Positions 34,088-42,154 of a stretch of DNA of 64,000 bases are shown in pieces; within the stretch, counting starts at the first letter, position 1; every line of letters starts with the position of its first letter. Source of the DNA: an uncultured Chloroflexia bacterium (GTDB lineage Bacteria; Chloroflexota; Ktedonobacteria; Ktedonobacterales; JADMIN01); contig CAWENW010000009.1 in assembly GCA_963810535.1 (NCBI GenBank), positions 16,363-80,362 on the forward strand, given 5' to 3'. The position numbers and the translations under genes were made by a program. The notes beneath the pieces were generated by a model. It ran no database searches. It was not told the DNA's origin and saw only the letters and a program-made list of their open reading frames with translations.

Positions 34088-34174
34088 GCTTACGGTCGGT
34101 CCCCAGCGTCTCCCGACCAGACTTGCCAGGCCGATTAGAGCTGGCGCCAGGAATATGCGGAGCGGAAGGCTCAT
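34072..34174 (-). pseudogene. integral membrane protein gene, N-terminal part (interrupted by the TnpB element)
   Basis: ATG at 34174 gives MSLPLRIFLAPALIGLASLVGRRWGPTVSGWLIG, then runs into the element's right end. Confidence 0.7.
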
Positions 34175-34558
34175 GGTTTTCGGCAGTCTCTTTGCGCTCC
34201 CGTGGATTAGCGTATCCAGTGATTGGCGTATCCAGCCGGAGAAATCAACCGCCCTGCCCAAGATACCTCGAGCAGGGCATTACCAGCAGGTGATGTAGGC
34301 GAGTGGATCGGCGTATTCGGCTTAGACCGTGACCTTCATCTTCTCGAAGTTAGATCCACTTACTGAGATCTTCGCCTCCGCAGACGTGATTGGCGCCCCC
34401 TAGACTATACCACTTCCTTGCAGGAGCCTCTGGCCATGTGGCTGGGGTCCCTCTTGTCGCTGCCGGTGCTTTCCACATTGAAGAATCGCCTTGGACGGAG
34501 GAACAAATCATGAAGATAAAGGCAAGAAATAGTCTCACTCCTATAGCTTGGTTAAGGA

Positions 34559-35605
34559 ATGGATAGCATGTGGCGCATGGACAAGTTCGAGCGAAGATCG
34601 CTGCTAGTGGGAAGCGTCTCCCTGGTTGTCATAGTGATCGTAGTTGCAAGTTGGATTGCCTTCGGACCGCAGGCGAAAACATCGGTTGCAGCAGTCCCAG
34701 ACGTAAGTAGCTTGCCGGGAGCAACTATCTGGGACCAACAGGCATCCTCGCTGATGTTCGGCACGAACGACGCCTATGATTGGTCGCCTCGCAATGTGGA
34801 GACTCAACTCGCAATCCAGTCATCACTGCATGAGGCGGGGGTTACACTGGTTCGCACCTTTATCCAGGAGAATGCCGACGACTCCACCATTTCGACGCGC
34901 ATTAAAACCATAGAACGCATTGGGGCAACCTGTCTAGCAGTGCTCACCAACATCGATGACACCAGTTTTGACGAGCACGTGGTCTCGTATCTCGGCAACC
35001 GCTGCCAGCTTTACGAGTTCGGAAATGAGCCCGATTATACCGGCATCTCGGTGGCTCACTACCTTGCTGCCTGGAACGCAACCATTCCTCTGCTTCGACG
35101 CATCAATCCCTCTGCCGTATTCATCGGACCGGTTGTAGAGACTCCACTGGGACTCAACAAATTTCTTCAGAACTTTCTGCTCGGCGTCAAGTCATCTGGT
35201 ATCCTTCCGGATGCCGTCAGCTTTCACCTCTATGCCTGCTATTACGACACCGAATCCTCCTGTCTCGCCAAGGCTGGTAGCTACATGTCGGCGACTCTCA
35301 AAGTGCGAAGGCTCGTCAAGCAGATTCTCGGGAGGGAGCTTCCTGTCGGAATTACCGAATGGAATTATGATCCGAACAACCCACCACCCGCCTATGGCGA
35401 CAATTCCAGCTTCATGACGAAGTTCACTACAATAGCTCTGCAGTCTATGATTGAAGGTGGAGCCGCGTTTGCCTGCCAGTTCGATGCCGCCAATTTTGCA
35501 GGCAATGGTCGACTGGATATGTTCAACATAGCTACTGATCGGGGAAAGGCGCAATTTGTTGCGCTGGCGAAAATGATCAGGCAGTACAAAAACGTACCCA
35601 GCTAG
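34559..35605 (+). CDS. glycoside hydrolase, clan GH-A TIM-barrel type (family not assigned), membrane-anchored
   Basis: N-terminal TM anchor. YEFGNEPD (acid/base NEP motif) and GITEWN (nucleophile Glu) have the spacing typical of GH5/GH39-like enzymes. G+C is visibly lower than in the neighbours. Confidence 0.6.
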   Translation: MDSMWRMDKFERRSLLVGSVSLVVIVIVVASWIAFGPQAKTSVAAVPDVSSLPGATIWDQQASSLMFGTNDAYDWSPRNVETQLAIQSSLHEAGVTLVRTFIQENADDSTISTRIKTIERIGATCLAVLTNIDDTSFDEHVVSYLGNRCQLYEFGNEPDYTGISVAHYLAAWNATIPLLRRINPSAVFIGPVVETPLGLNKFLQNFLLGVKSSGILPDAVSFHLYACYYDTESSCLAKAGSYMSATLKVRRLVKQILGRELPVGITEWNYDPNNPPPAYGDNSSFMTKFTTIALQSMIEGGAAFACQFDAANFAGNGRLDMFNIATDRGKAQFVALAKMIRQYKNVPS

Positions 35606-36060
35606 ACGGGAGAGTGGCAGGTACTCTCATGACTTGCTCTCTCGGCCTGGTGAAGCCGTGCGTGGCGCCTGTGGCGACATATTGGCCTGGCTGCTGTTGC
35701 CAAATACTGGGAGCGGCGCATTGGCCGGGAGAGCTTCCCAATGGGCATCGGCGAGTCCAAATCGGCATCGGTCATTGCGGCTCTCGTAGAAAAGGCGGAC
35801 GCCTGCACCCAGGAGATCAACGACGCAACCGAGAAGCTTACCGAGGCACGGCTTAGGCTAGGCTCGATTGACCAGCACAATGCGGACTTTGACCTGACCA
35901 TCACATTGCTGGAACAGTGGCCGGCTGGTGCCCTCTTTGATCAACCCCCGGAAGAGCGGCGTCGCCTGTTCCGTCAGATCGGGCTTCACGTTGAGGTCGC
36001 ACCAGCGGGCACATTGGGCGCACATGCAGGCGCAGCGCGGCTTTCAGCCACGTACGCGGT

Positions 36061-37161
36061 TCAGGAGGACCGTACCGAAAGTGTAGCCATCTTCTCAATG
36101 ATGGCATCGGCGACCTGAGAGGTGCCTACCGCGGTTGGATCATCGGGCCGCGGCTTGAGATCATAGGTGACGTTCTTGCCCTCGGCTATCACCGCCGCCA
36201 GAGCGCCCTCCAGGCGATTCGCCGCTTCGCGCTCTTTCAGGTAGCGCAGCATCAGCACTCCTGAGAACATCATGGCCATGGGGTTCACTTTGTTCTGGCC
36301 CGCGTACTTGGGGGCGCTGCCGTGCACCGGTTCGAAGACAGCGCAGTCGGTGCCGATATTCGCCCCAGGGGCGACTCCCAGTCCACCGATGAGACCGGCG
36401 GAGAGATCGGAGAGAATATCGCCGTAGAGGTTGGGCAGCACCAGCACATCGTAGAGCTCGGGCTTCTGGACCAGCTGCATGCACATGTTGTCGACGATGC
36501 GATCCTCGAACTGAATGTCGGGATATTCCTTGCTCACTTCTTGCGCTACCGAGAGAAACAGGCCATCGGAGAACTTCATGATGTTGGCCTTGTGCACCGC
36601 GGTCACCTTATGTCGCCCATTGTCGCGCGCGTAGTCGAAGGCGAACTTGACGATTCGGCGGCTGGCGCCCACAGAGATGTACTTGATGCTGATGGCGGCG
36701 TCGCGGCTCAGATTTTGCTTGGTCGTTCTTCCGATGAAATCAAGCAGCTCTTCCAGCTCAGGCGTGCCGCGTTGATACTCGATGCCGGCGTAGAGGTCTT
36801 CGGTGTTCTCGCGGCAGATGATGAGGTCGATGTTCTCATAGCGGGAGCGGAGGCCAGGAAACGACTTGGCGGGTCGAAGGTTCGCGTAGAGGTCAAGGCT
36901 CTTGCGCAGTGCTACGTTGGCGCTGCGAAATCCTTTGCCTACCGGAGTGGTAATCGGTCCTTTGAGACCGACCTTGGTCTGCCGTATAGACTCAATGACC
37001 TCATCTGGCAAGACGGTGCCGGTCTTCTCGAGCACGCTCAGGCCCGCCTGCAGCACGTGCCATCTGAATTGTACTCCCGTGGCCTCGAGCACGCGGCGAG
37101 TGGCTTCGGTGATCTCCGGTCCGGTACCATCGCCCGGGATCAACGTAACGTCGTAAGGCAT
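36061..37161 (-). CDS. icd: isocitrate dehydrogenase (isocitrate/isopropylmalate dehydrogenase family, about 366 aa)
   Basis: [44 protein letters not shown] at 37161 with GGAGGA upstream is preferred to the listed longer ORF. Confidence 0.85.
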   Translation of the reverse strand: MPYDVTLIPGDGTGPEITEATRRVLEATGVQFRWHVLQAGLSVLEKTGTVLPDEVIESIRQTKVGLKGPITTPVGKGFRSANVALRKSLDLYANLRPAKSFPGLRSRYENIDLIICRENTEDLYAGIEYQRGTPELEELLDFIGRTTKQNLSRDAAISIKYISVGASRRIVKFAFDYARDNGRHKVTAVHKANIMKFSDGLFLSVAQEVSKEYPDIQFEDRIVDNMCMQLVQKPELYDVLVLPNLYGDILSDLSAGLIGGLGVAPGANIGTDCAVFEPVHGSAPKYAGQNKVNPMAMMFSGVLMLRYLKEREAANRLEGALAAVIAEGKNVTYDLKPRPDDPTAVGTSQVADAIIEKMATLSVRSS

Positions 37162-37411
37162 TGTTCCTCCAGGTCCGTCTAGGGCCTCAACACGGGATAG
37201 ACGACCATTAAACCTTTCGGTCGGCCAACAGTGCAGCGTGACCGAAAAAATATGCTCCGGACGCTGCAGACCATGTGTGATTATAGCATAAACGTCACCC
37301 TCACCCCGGGTCACCCGGTCTCCTTCATGAGAGTGAACATGCATCTACCATCGACTCGTCTCGTGGTCGTCGGAGCCGGATATTCCGGGCAGAGTATTGC
37401 TGAGATACGGG

Positions 37412-38833
37412 GTTATGAATAGTTGCAGAGAATATACCCGTTTGTGCCCATGTGTATCCTTGTGTTCTCCTTGACCGTAGCAGCAGGGTATGATACATGT
37501 GTTCTAGCAATCGAAGAGTGAAGGCCTCGCTCTTCGACAGGACAGCTGGGGACTGGCAGGGAGATGCGGGATGCTGGTACAGCGGGCGTACAAAACGGAG
37601 CTGGATCTGAATGATCGGCAGATGACAGCCTGCCGCCAGCATGCCGGCGCCGCGCGCTGGGCCTACAACTGGGGACTCCGGATCAAGCAGGAGCGCTATG
37701 CGGCAAGCAAGAGGAGTCCCACCGCCATCGAGCTGCACCGCGAGCTCAACGGTCTTAAGAAGGCTGAGATTCCCTGGATGTATAGCGTCTCCAAATGTGC
37801 GCCGCAGGAAGCCTTGTGGAACCTGGATGCCGCCTTCCAGCAGTTCTTCCGCCGGTGTGCGCTCAAAAAGCAGGGCACGTGGACCGGAAAGCTCGGGTAT
37901 CCCCGCTTCAAGACCAAGAAGAAGGGGTTTGGGGAGTTTCCGGCTCACTGGGACGATTGTGGTGTCGGCTAAGTCGATCGTGCTGCCGCGCTTGGGGCGA
38001 CTGCGGCTCAAAGAGCGGGACTATCTGCCGACTGGTGGAGGGTGAAGATCCTCTCGGCCACGGTGAGTGAGCAGGCTGGGCACTGGTATGTGTCCGTGCA
38101 GGTGGAAGAGGAGCAGGCGGTACCCGAGAATACCGGATCCGTGGTCGGCATTGATCTGGGTGATCACGAGTCTGGCCACCCTCTCCGATGGAACGGTGAT
38201 CCCCAATCCGCGCCACCTCAAACGACGCATCAAGAAACTCAAGCGCCTCCAGCGGGTAGTAAGCCGGAGGAAGAAAGGCAGCAAGAACCGGAAGAAGGCT
38301 GTCCGTAAGCTCGCGAAGCTGCATCGGCAGATCAAGAACCAACGACGCAATACGCTGCATCAGGTGACGACCAGGCTGGCGAAAACCAAGTCCGTGCTGG
38401 TCATCGAAAACCTGAACGTCGGCGGGATGCTGAAGAACCATCATCTGGCGCAAGCGATCGGTGATGTGGGGTTGGTATGAGTTCAAGCGGCAGCTGCTCT
38501 ACAAAGCCAGCTGGTATGGGGCGCGAGTGATCCTGGCCGACCGGTGGGAGCCGTCCAGCAAGCGGTGTAGTGGCTGTGGGTGGGTCGATGCGGATCTGAC
38601 CCTCGCAGATCGGATCTTTCACTGCGAGCAGTGTGGGCTGGTGCGGGATCGAGATCTGAATGCGGCGATCAATCTGATGCAACTGGCCGGGAGTTCCTCG
38701 GACAGTGTAAACGCCTGTGGAGCTGTCAGCGCTGGCACGAGGCGCAAACCTCGTGTGAAACCGGCGGCCGTGAAGCAGGAACCTAACGCTGAGCATGGCC
38801 TGTCCATACTTGGGTAAGTTTGGGAGAACGGTA
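37412..38833 (+). mobile_element. TnpB-only IS200/IS605-family element, copy 2 (degenerate)
   Basis: Collinear with copy 1 from GTTATGAATAG to GGAGAACGGTA, with many substitutions, one fewer 10-nt unit in the left end, and indels in tnpB. Confidence 0.85.
37571..38817 (+). pseudogene. tnpB: tnpB pseudogene (four frame changes)
   Basis: TnpB-collinear pieces in ORFs 37571.., 37641.., 38042.., 38067.. and 38461.. (frames 2,0,2,0,1). Indels relative to copy 1 at about 37935, 38040, 38168 and 38472. Confidence 0.85.
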
Positions 38834-38892
38834 TCGGCAATCCTTGCAGAGGCTCACGCATCCGCATGAGCGTTGATGATATACTGGCTATT

Positions 38893-39322
38893 GGTTTCGA
38901 GGTAGACAGGCAATCGCGCCCGTGGCGCTGGCAACAGGCTACGGTCGAGGAAAGTCCGAACTCCACAGAGCGAGATGCTGGCTAACGGCCAGTGGGGGCG
39001 ACCCCAAGGACAGTGCCACAGAAACATACCACCGGCAGCCGGTCACGCGACCGGCTGCCGGCCAGGGTGAAATGGCGAGGTAAGAGCTCACCGGCAGCCG
39101 GGTGACCGGCTGGCCGAGGTAAACCCCATCTGGAGCAAGGCCAGACAGGAGGAGTGGTAGCCGGGAATTCATGTCCCGGCTCCCCGCAGGCGGCTCGTCT
39201 GTCCACCTCCGGGTAGGCCGCTAGAGGCGCCGGGCAACCGGCGTCGTAGATAGATGATTGCCGCTCTGCCGCTCCCTCGGGACGGCGAAGCACAGAATTC
39301 GGCTTACGTCTGCCTCGAAGCC
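38893..39322 (+). ncRNA. rnpB: RNase P RNA, bacterial type A
   Basis: GAGGAAAGTCCG (38947-38958), GGGTGAAATGGCGAGGTAAGAGCTCACC, TAGATAGATGATTGCC and ACAGAATTCGGCTTAC. The 5' GGTTTCGAGGTAGAC pairs with the 3' GTCTGCCTCGAAGCC (P1/P2). Confidence 0.93.
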
Positions 39323-39348
39323 GCCCAAGTCTCTTCAGCAACCAATCC

Positions 39349-39735
39349 CTAAACCGTCTGACTAGGACGATTCTGAGCGAATTCAATAAAGCACTGCGGC
39401 TGACCAGCGGGATCCTTGACGGCAAAGACCTTGCCGAAAGGCATCTGCTGGAGGGGGACGCACAACTCAGCTCTCTGTGACAACATGCTGCAGGCAGCTT
39501 CGGCGTCATCCACCAGCCAGTACAGTTCCAGGCCTCGAGTGCCGGTCAGCGGCTCATCACTGGCGATGGCATAACGGATGCCCGCTGAGTCCTTGAACTG
39601 GATGAATACGGGGGCTTCGCGCTCGACCCGCAGGCCGAGAATCTCAACATAGAATCGTTTTGCCGCTTCGATATCCTCGACATACTCCAATGCGAACGCA
39701 AACCGAGGTGTGATGTCAGTCATCAAAAAACCCAC
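39349..39735 (-). CDS. VOC (glyoxalase/bleomycin-resistance) family protein
   Basis: 128 aa; FALEYVEDIEAAKRFYVEILGLRVE is a typical VOC beta-alpha-beta start. Confidence 0.75.
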   Translation of the reverse strand: MGFLMTDITPRFAFALEYVEDIEAAKRFYVEILGLRVEREAPVFIQFKDSAGIRYAIASDEPLTGTRGLELYWLVDDAEAACSMLSQRAELCVPLQQMPFGKVFAVKDPAGQPQCFIEFAQNRPSQTV

Positions 39736-39836
39736 TCCTTACCTTTCATGTGGATGTACGCGTCACTGCGTTCACTCTACGACCGGGTTGCGACAGCATT
39801 ATGTCGGGAATTGTCCTTGATGATTCTAAGGTGAGC

Positions 39837-40541
39837 TCATGGCTGTTTCAGGACAGGCTGAGCAAGTTCGTATGGCAGATCGACCAGCAGTGTATCGAGC
39901 ATGCGTGGGTTGATTCGCTCTGGAGTCAGTGTGGCCTCAACGATCCGATCCAGCCGAAAGCTGCGCGGTGCCTGACGCAGCCGGCACCATGCCGCCAGAT
40001 ACCAACCGTGCGGTGTACTGATGATCCCGCCGAGCTCCACCGTCCGCTGCGTCTGATTTCCTCCAAAATCACGATAGGTCAATGACATAGCGGCGTGCTC
40101 ATCGATCGCGTGCTGAATAACATCGAACACCTGTCCTTGCGGGCTGCTCGGGTCACTAACAACTCGAATATGATTCACGAGATTGGCAGCGGCGTCCCGG
40201 GGGGCCCTAGCCATTACCGCGACGATTTTTTGCAAAGCAGATTGACCAGCCTCGGCCAGCGGCATAGCATGAGTCGAGGCCAGGGCAATGGCCAGCGCGG
40301 CTGCTTCGGTGGAGGTGAGATTCAGCGGTGGGAGGGTCATGTCGGCATGGAGGCCATAGCCACCACCAGGACCGGACTGTGACCAGATCGGTACACCGGC
40401 TTCCTGAAGGGAAAGCAGGTCCCGCTCGATGGTGCGGACGCTGACTTCAAAGGAAGTGGCCAGCTCTACGGCACGCAGCGTTCGCGGCGCACGAGCTCGC
40501 AGCTTTTCGACAAGGGCATAGAGCCGATCAGTGCGGTTCAT
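39837..40541 (-). CDS. YafY-family transcriptional regulator (HTH plus WYL domain)
   Basis: MNRTDRLYALVEKLRA...LATSFEVSVRTIERDLLSLQEAGVPI, then GWYLAAWCRLRQAPRSFRLDRI. Confidence 0.85.
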   Translation of the reverse strand: MNRTDRLYALVEKLRARAPRTLRAVELATSFEVSVRTIERDLLSLQEAGVPIWSQSGPGGGYGLHADMTLPPLNLTSTEAAALAIALASTHAMPLAEAGQSALQKIVAVMARAPRDAAANLVNHIRVVSDPSSPQGQVFDVIQHAIDEHAAMSLTYRDFGGNQTQRTVELGGIISTPHGWYLAAWCRLRQAPRSFRLDRIVEATLTPERINPRMLDTLLVDLPYELAQPVLKQP

Positions 40542-40620
40542 ATCAGGTCCAATCCGCCGTCCGGGCCACAGCTGTGGTTAAATCGTCAGAGATCGAGCGG
40601 CCAGACGCACGCTTAGCGTG

Positions 40621-41247
40621 CTACCGCATGTGTTGCAGAAAGCTGCCGATACCGTTGAGAATGAACTGAGCGGCCACCGCCGCGAGCAGCATGCCCAGTA
40701 CTCGCGAGAGCACCAGGATGCCGGTGGTACCCATACGCTTCTGGATCGGCAAGCTGATGCTCATGGTGATCCAGGCGGCTACCAGGGTAAGCCCAGCCGC
40801 CACCGCCACCGCCGCCAGCGCCGTTACCTGTCCCTGGGCGTTGTCTATCAAGAGAGTGGTGGTGACCAGCGCGCCGGGGCCGGCAATGAGGGGTATAGCA
40901 AGAGGGAAGACCGAGACGTCTTCGCGGGCCCGGGCGTCTCGGGCCTCTCGGGCAGTCTCTCGGGCGCCTGACTGCCGCCCGAAGAGCATGTCGATAGCAA
41001 TCAGAAAGAGGAGTACTCCGCCGGCGATGCTGAAAGCCTCAGAGGTTACGCCCAGTGACGAGAAGATGAGATGGCCGGCTACGCCGAAGCCGGCCAGAAC
41101 GATAGCGGCAATCACGACCGCACGAGTGACGACGCGCCCGCGCTCCTCGTCGGGGAGCCCCGAGGTCAGAGACAGGACTATCGGCACCAGTCCGATGGGA
41201 TCGATGACGGTAAAGAGCGCTACTAGAGCCTTGACAAAGAACAGCAT
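40621..41247 (-). CDS. MarC/UPF0056 family membrane protein
   Basis: FVKALVALFTVIDPIGLVPIVLSLT and six TM helices. Confidence 0.8.
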   Translation of the reverse strand: MLFFVKALVALFTVIDPIGLVPIVLSLTSGLPDEERGRVVTRAVVIAAIVLAGFGVAGHLIFSSLGVTSEAFSIAGGVLLFLIAIDMLFGRQSGARETAREARDARAREDVSVFPLAIPLIAGPGALVTTTLLIDNAQGQVTALAAVAVAAGLTLVAAWITMSISLPIQKRMGTTGILVLSRVLGMLLAAVAAQFILNGIGSFLQHMR

Positions 41248-41302
41248 CCTACGTACGGCCTCGGGTCAGCCAGCAGAGCGCGCGAAAGAACACTGGTCCC
41301 GG

Positions 41303-41914
41303 CTAGCGTTCGGCGCGTGCCGGCGCGCGAGAAGGAGTGCGACTGTCCATAGTCCCGCCGCCATAGCCGCAGAATGGGCAGACATTCCACTTGAGCTCCA
41401 GCAAATGCTCACAGCGCGGGCAGGGACGGCGAAGCTTGGTTCCGCAGGACGGGCAGACCTGGAAATCATGCTCGACACGGTAGTGGCAGGTGGGACAGGT
41501 TTGTCGCTCAGTCATCTCCGCCAGCAGCGATTCTTCCTCGAGCTGCCGTTCGTAGAGCTCCGCCAGAGTCTGGCGCGGCCGGATGATGAGATAGATAAAG
41601 AGACCACCTACATTGAAGACCGCGACCAGCACGGTGGCGGAGATCTGGAGTATGCTGTCCTGGGTGCGGGCGCGCACGTCGCGCCATGTCCAGTAGACGA
41701 GAGCCAGCCAGAAGATCACGGCAAACGCCACCGCGAAAAAAATGACCAGAGTCAGTAAGGGCTTTACGCTGTCGAGAATCGAGGGCGACGAGGACGTCGA
41801 CGACGCCGGGACACTCGGGGCTATCGCCGCTGCCGTTGCCGTAGCGGTCGCGGTCGGCCCCGCGGCAACGACGTTGATGAATTGATGAATGGCTGGCTGC
41901 AGCAACATACTCAC
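41303..41914 (-). CDS. zinc-ribbon domain membrane protein
   Basis: Two TM helices, then CPTCHYRV..CPSCG..CPRCEHLL..CPFCG (double zinc ribbon). Confidence 0.65.
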   Translation of the reverse strand: MSMLLQPAIHQFINVVAAGPTATATATAAAIAPSVPASSTSSSPSILDSVKPLLTLVIFFAVAFAVIFWLALVYWTWRDVRARTQDSILQISATVLVAVFNVGGLFIYLIIRPRQTLAELYERQLEEESLLAEMTERQTCPTCHYRVEHDFQVCPSCGTKLRRPCPRCEHLLELKWNVCPFCGYGGGTMDSRTPSRAPARAER

Positions 41915-42154
41915 GCTGTTCCACCTCTCTTAGCCGCACTTTTCATAATATTCGCTTTGCCGCAGCGACTTGCCGCGAGTCAGCAGTGGCGGCCCATCCA
42001 AACGCATGCTTCGCATGCTACGCACGTAATCCTACACCTGCAAGAACGAGGCGTGCGGCCACAGCATAGCAGGTCAGTCTCATGACTGTAAACTGGGCAT
42101 GCCTACCGGGCTATTACCCCGGTCGCTTCCCCAAGGTAGACTCCGCTGGGCTAC

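Noticed and set aside
32600-37412. Deriving a TAM/target motif for the TnpB element from the two left flanks (..GGAGGTGAAGG vs ..GAGATACGGG)
   Set aside because: Only two copies are available, the boundary is ambiguous by 1-2 nt, and the flanks share no convincing 4-5-nt motif. No TAM is claimed.
38939-39509. ORFs 38982-39509 (-), 38939-39172 (-) and 38619-38966 (-) across the rnpB locus
   Set aside because: The region contains all conserved RNase P RNA motifs with a pairing P1 stem, so the ORFs are incidental.
39349-40541. WYL-domain regulator as a marker of a defence island
   Set aside because: It is paired with a VOC/glyoxalase-family gene, a very common housekeeping-type YafY arrangement. 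No nuclease, helicase or other defence gene is nearby.
40691-41758. 355-aa plus-strand ORF antisense to the MarC-family and zinc-ribbon genes
   Set aside because: Ala/Arg/Ser/Thr-rich low-complexity translation opposite two genes with clear family signatures; a typical high-G+C antisense ORF.
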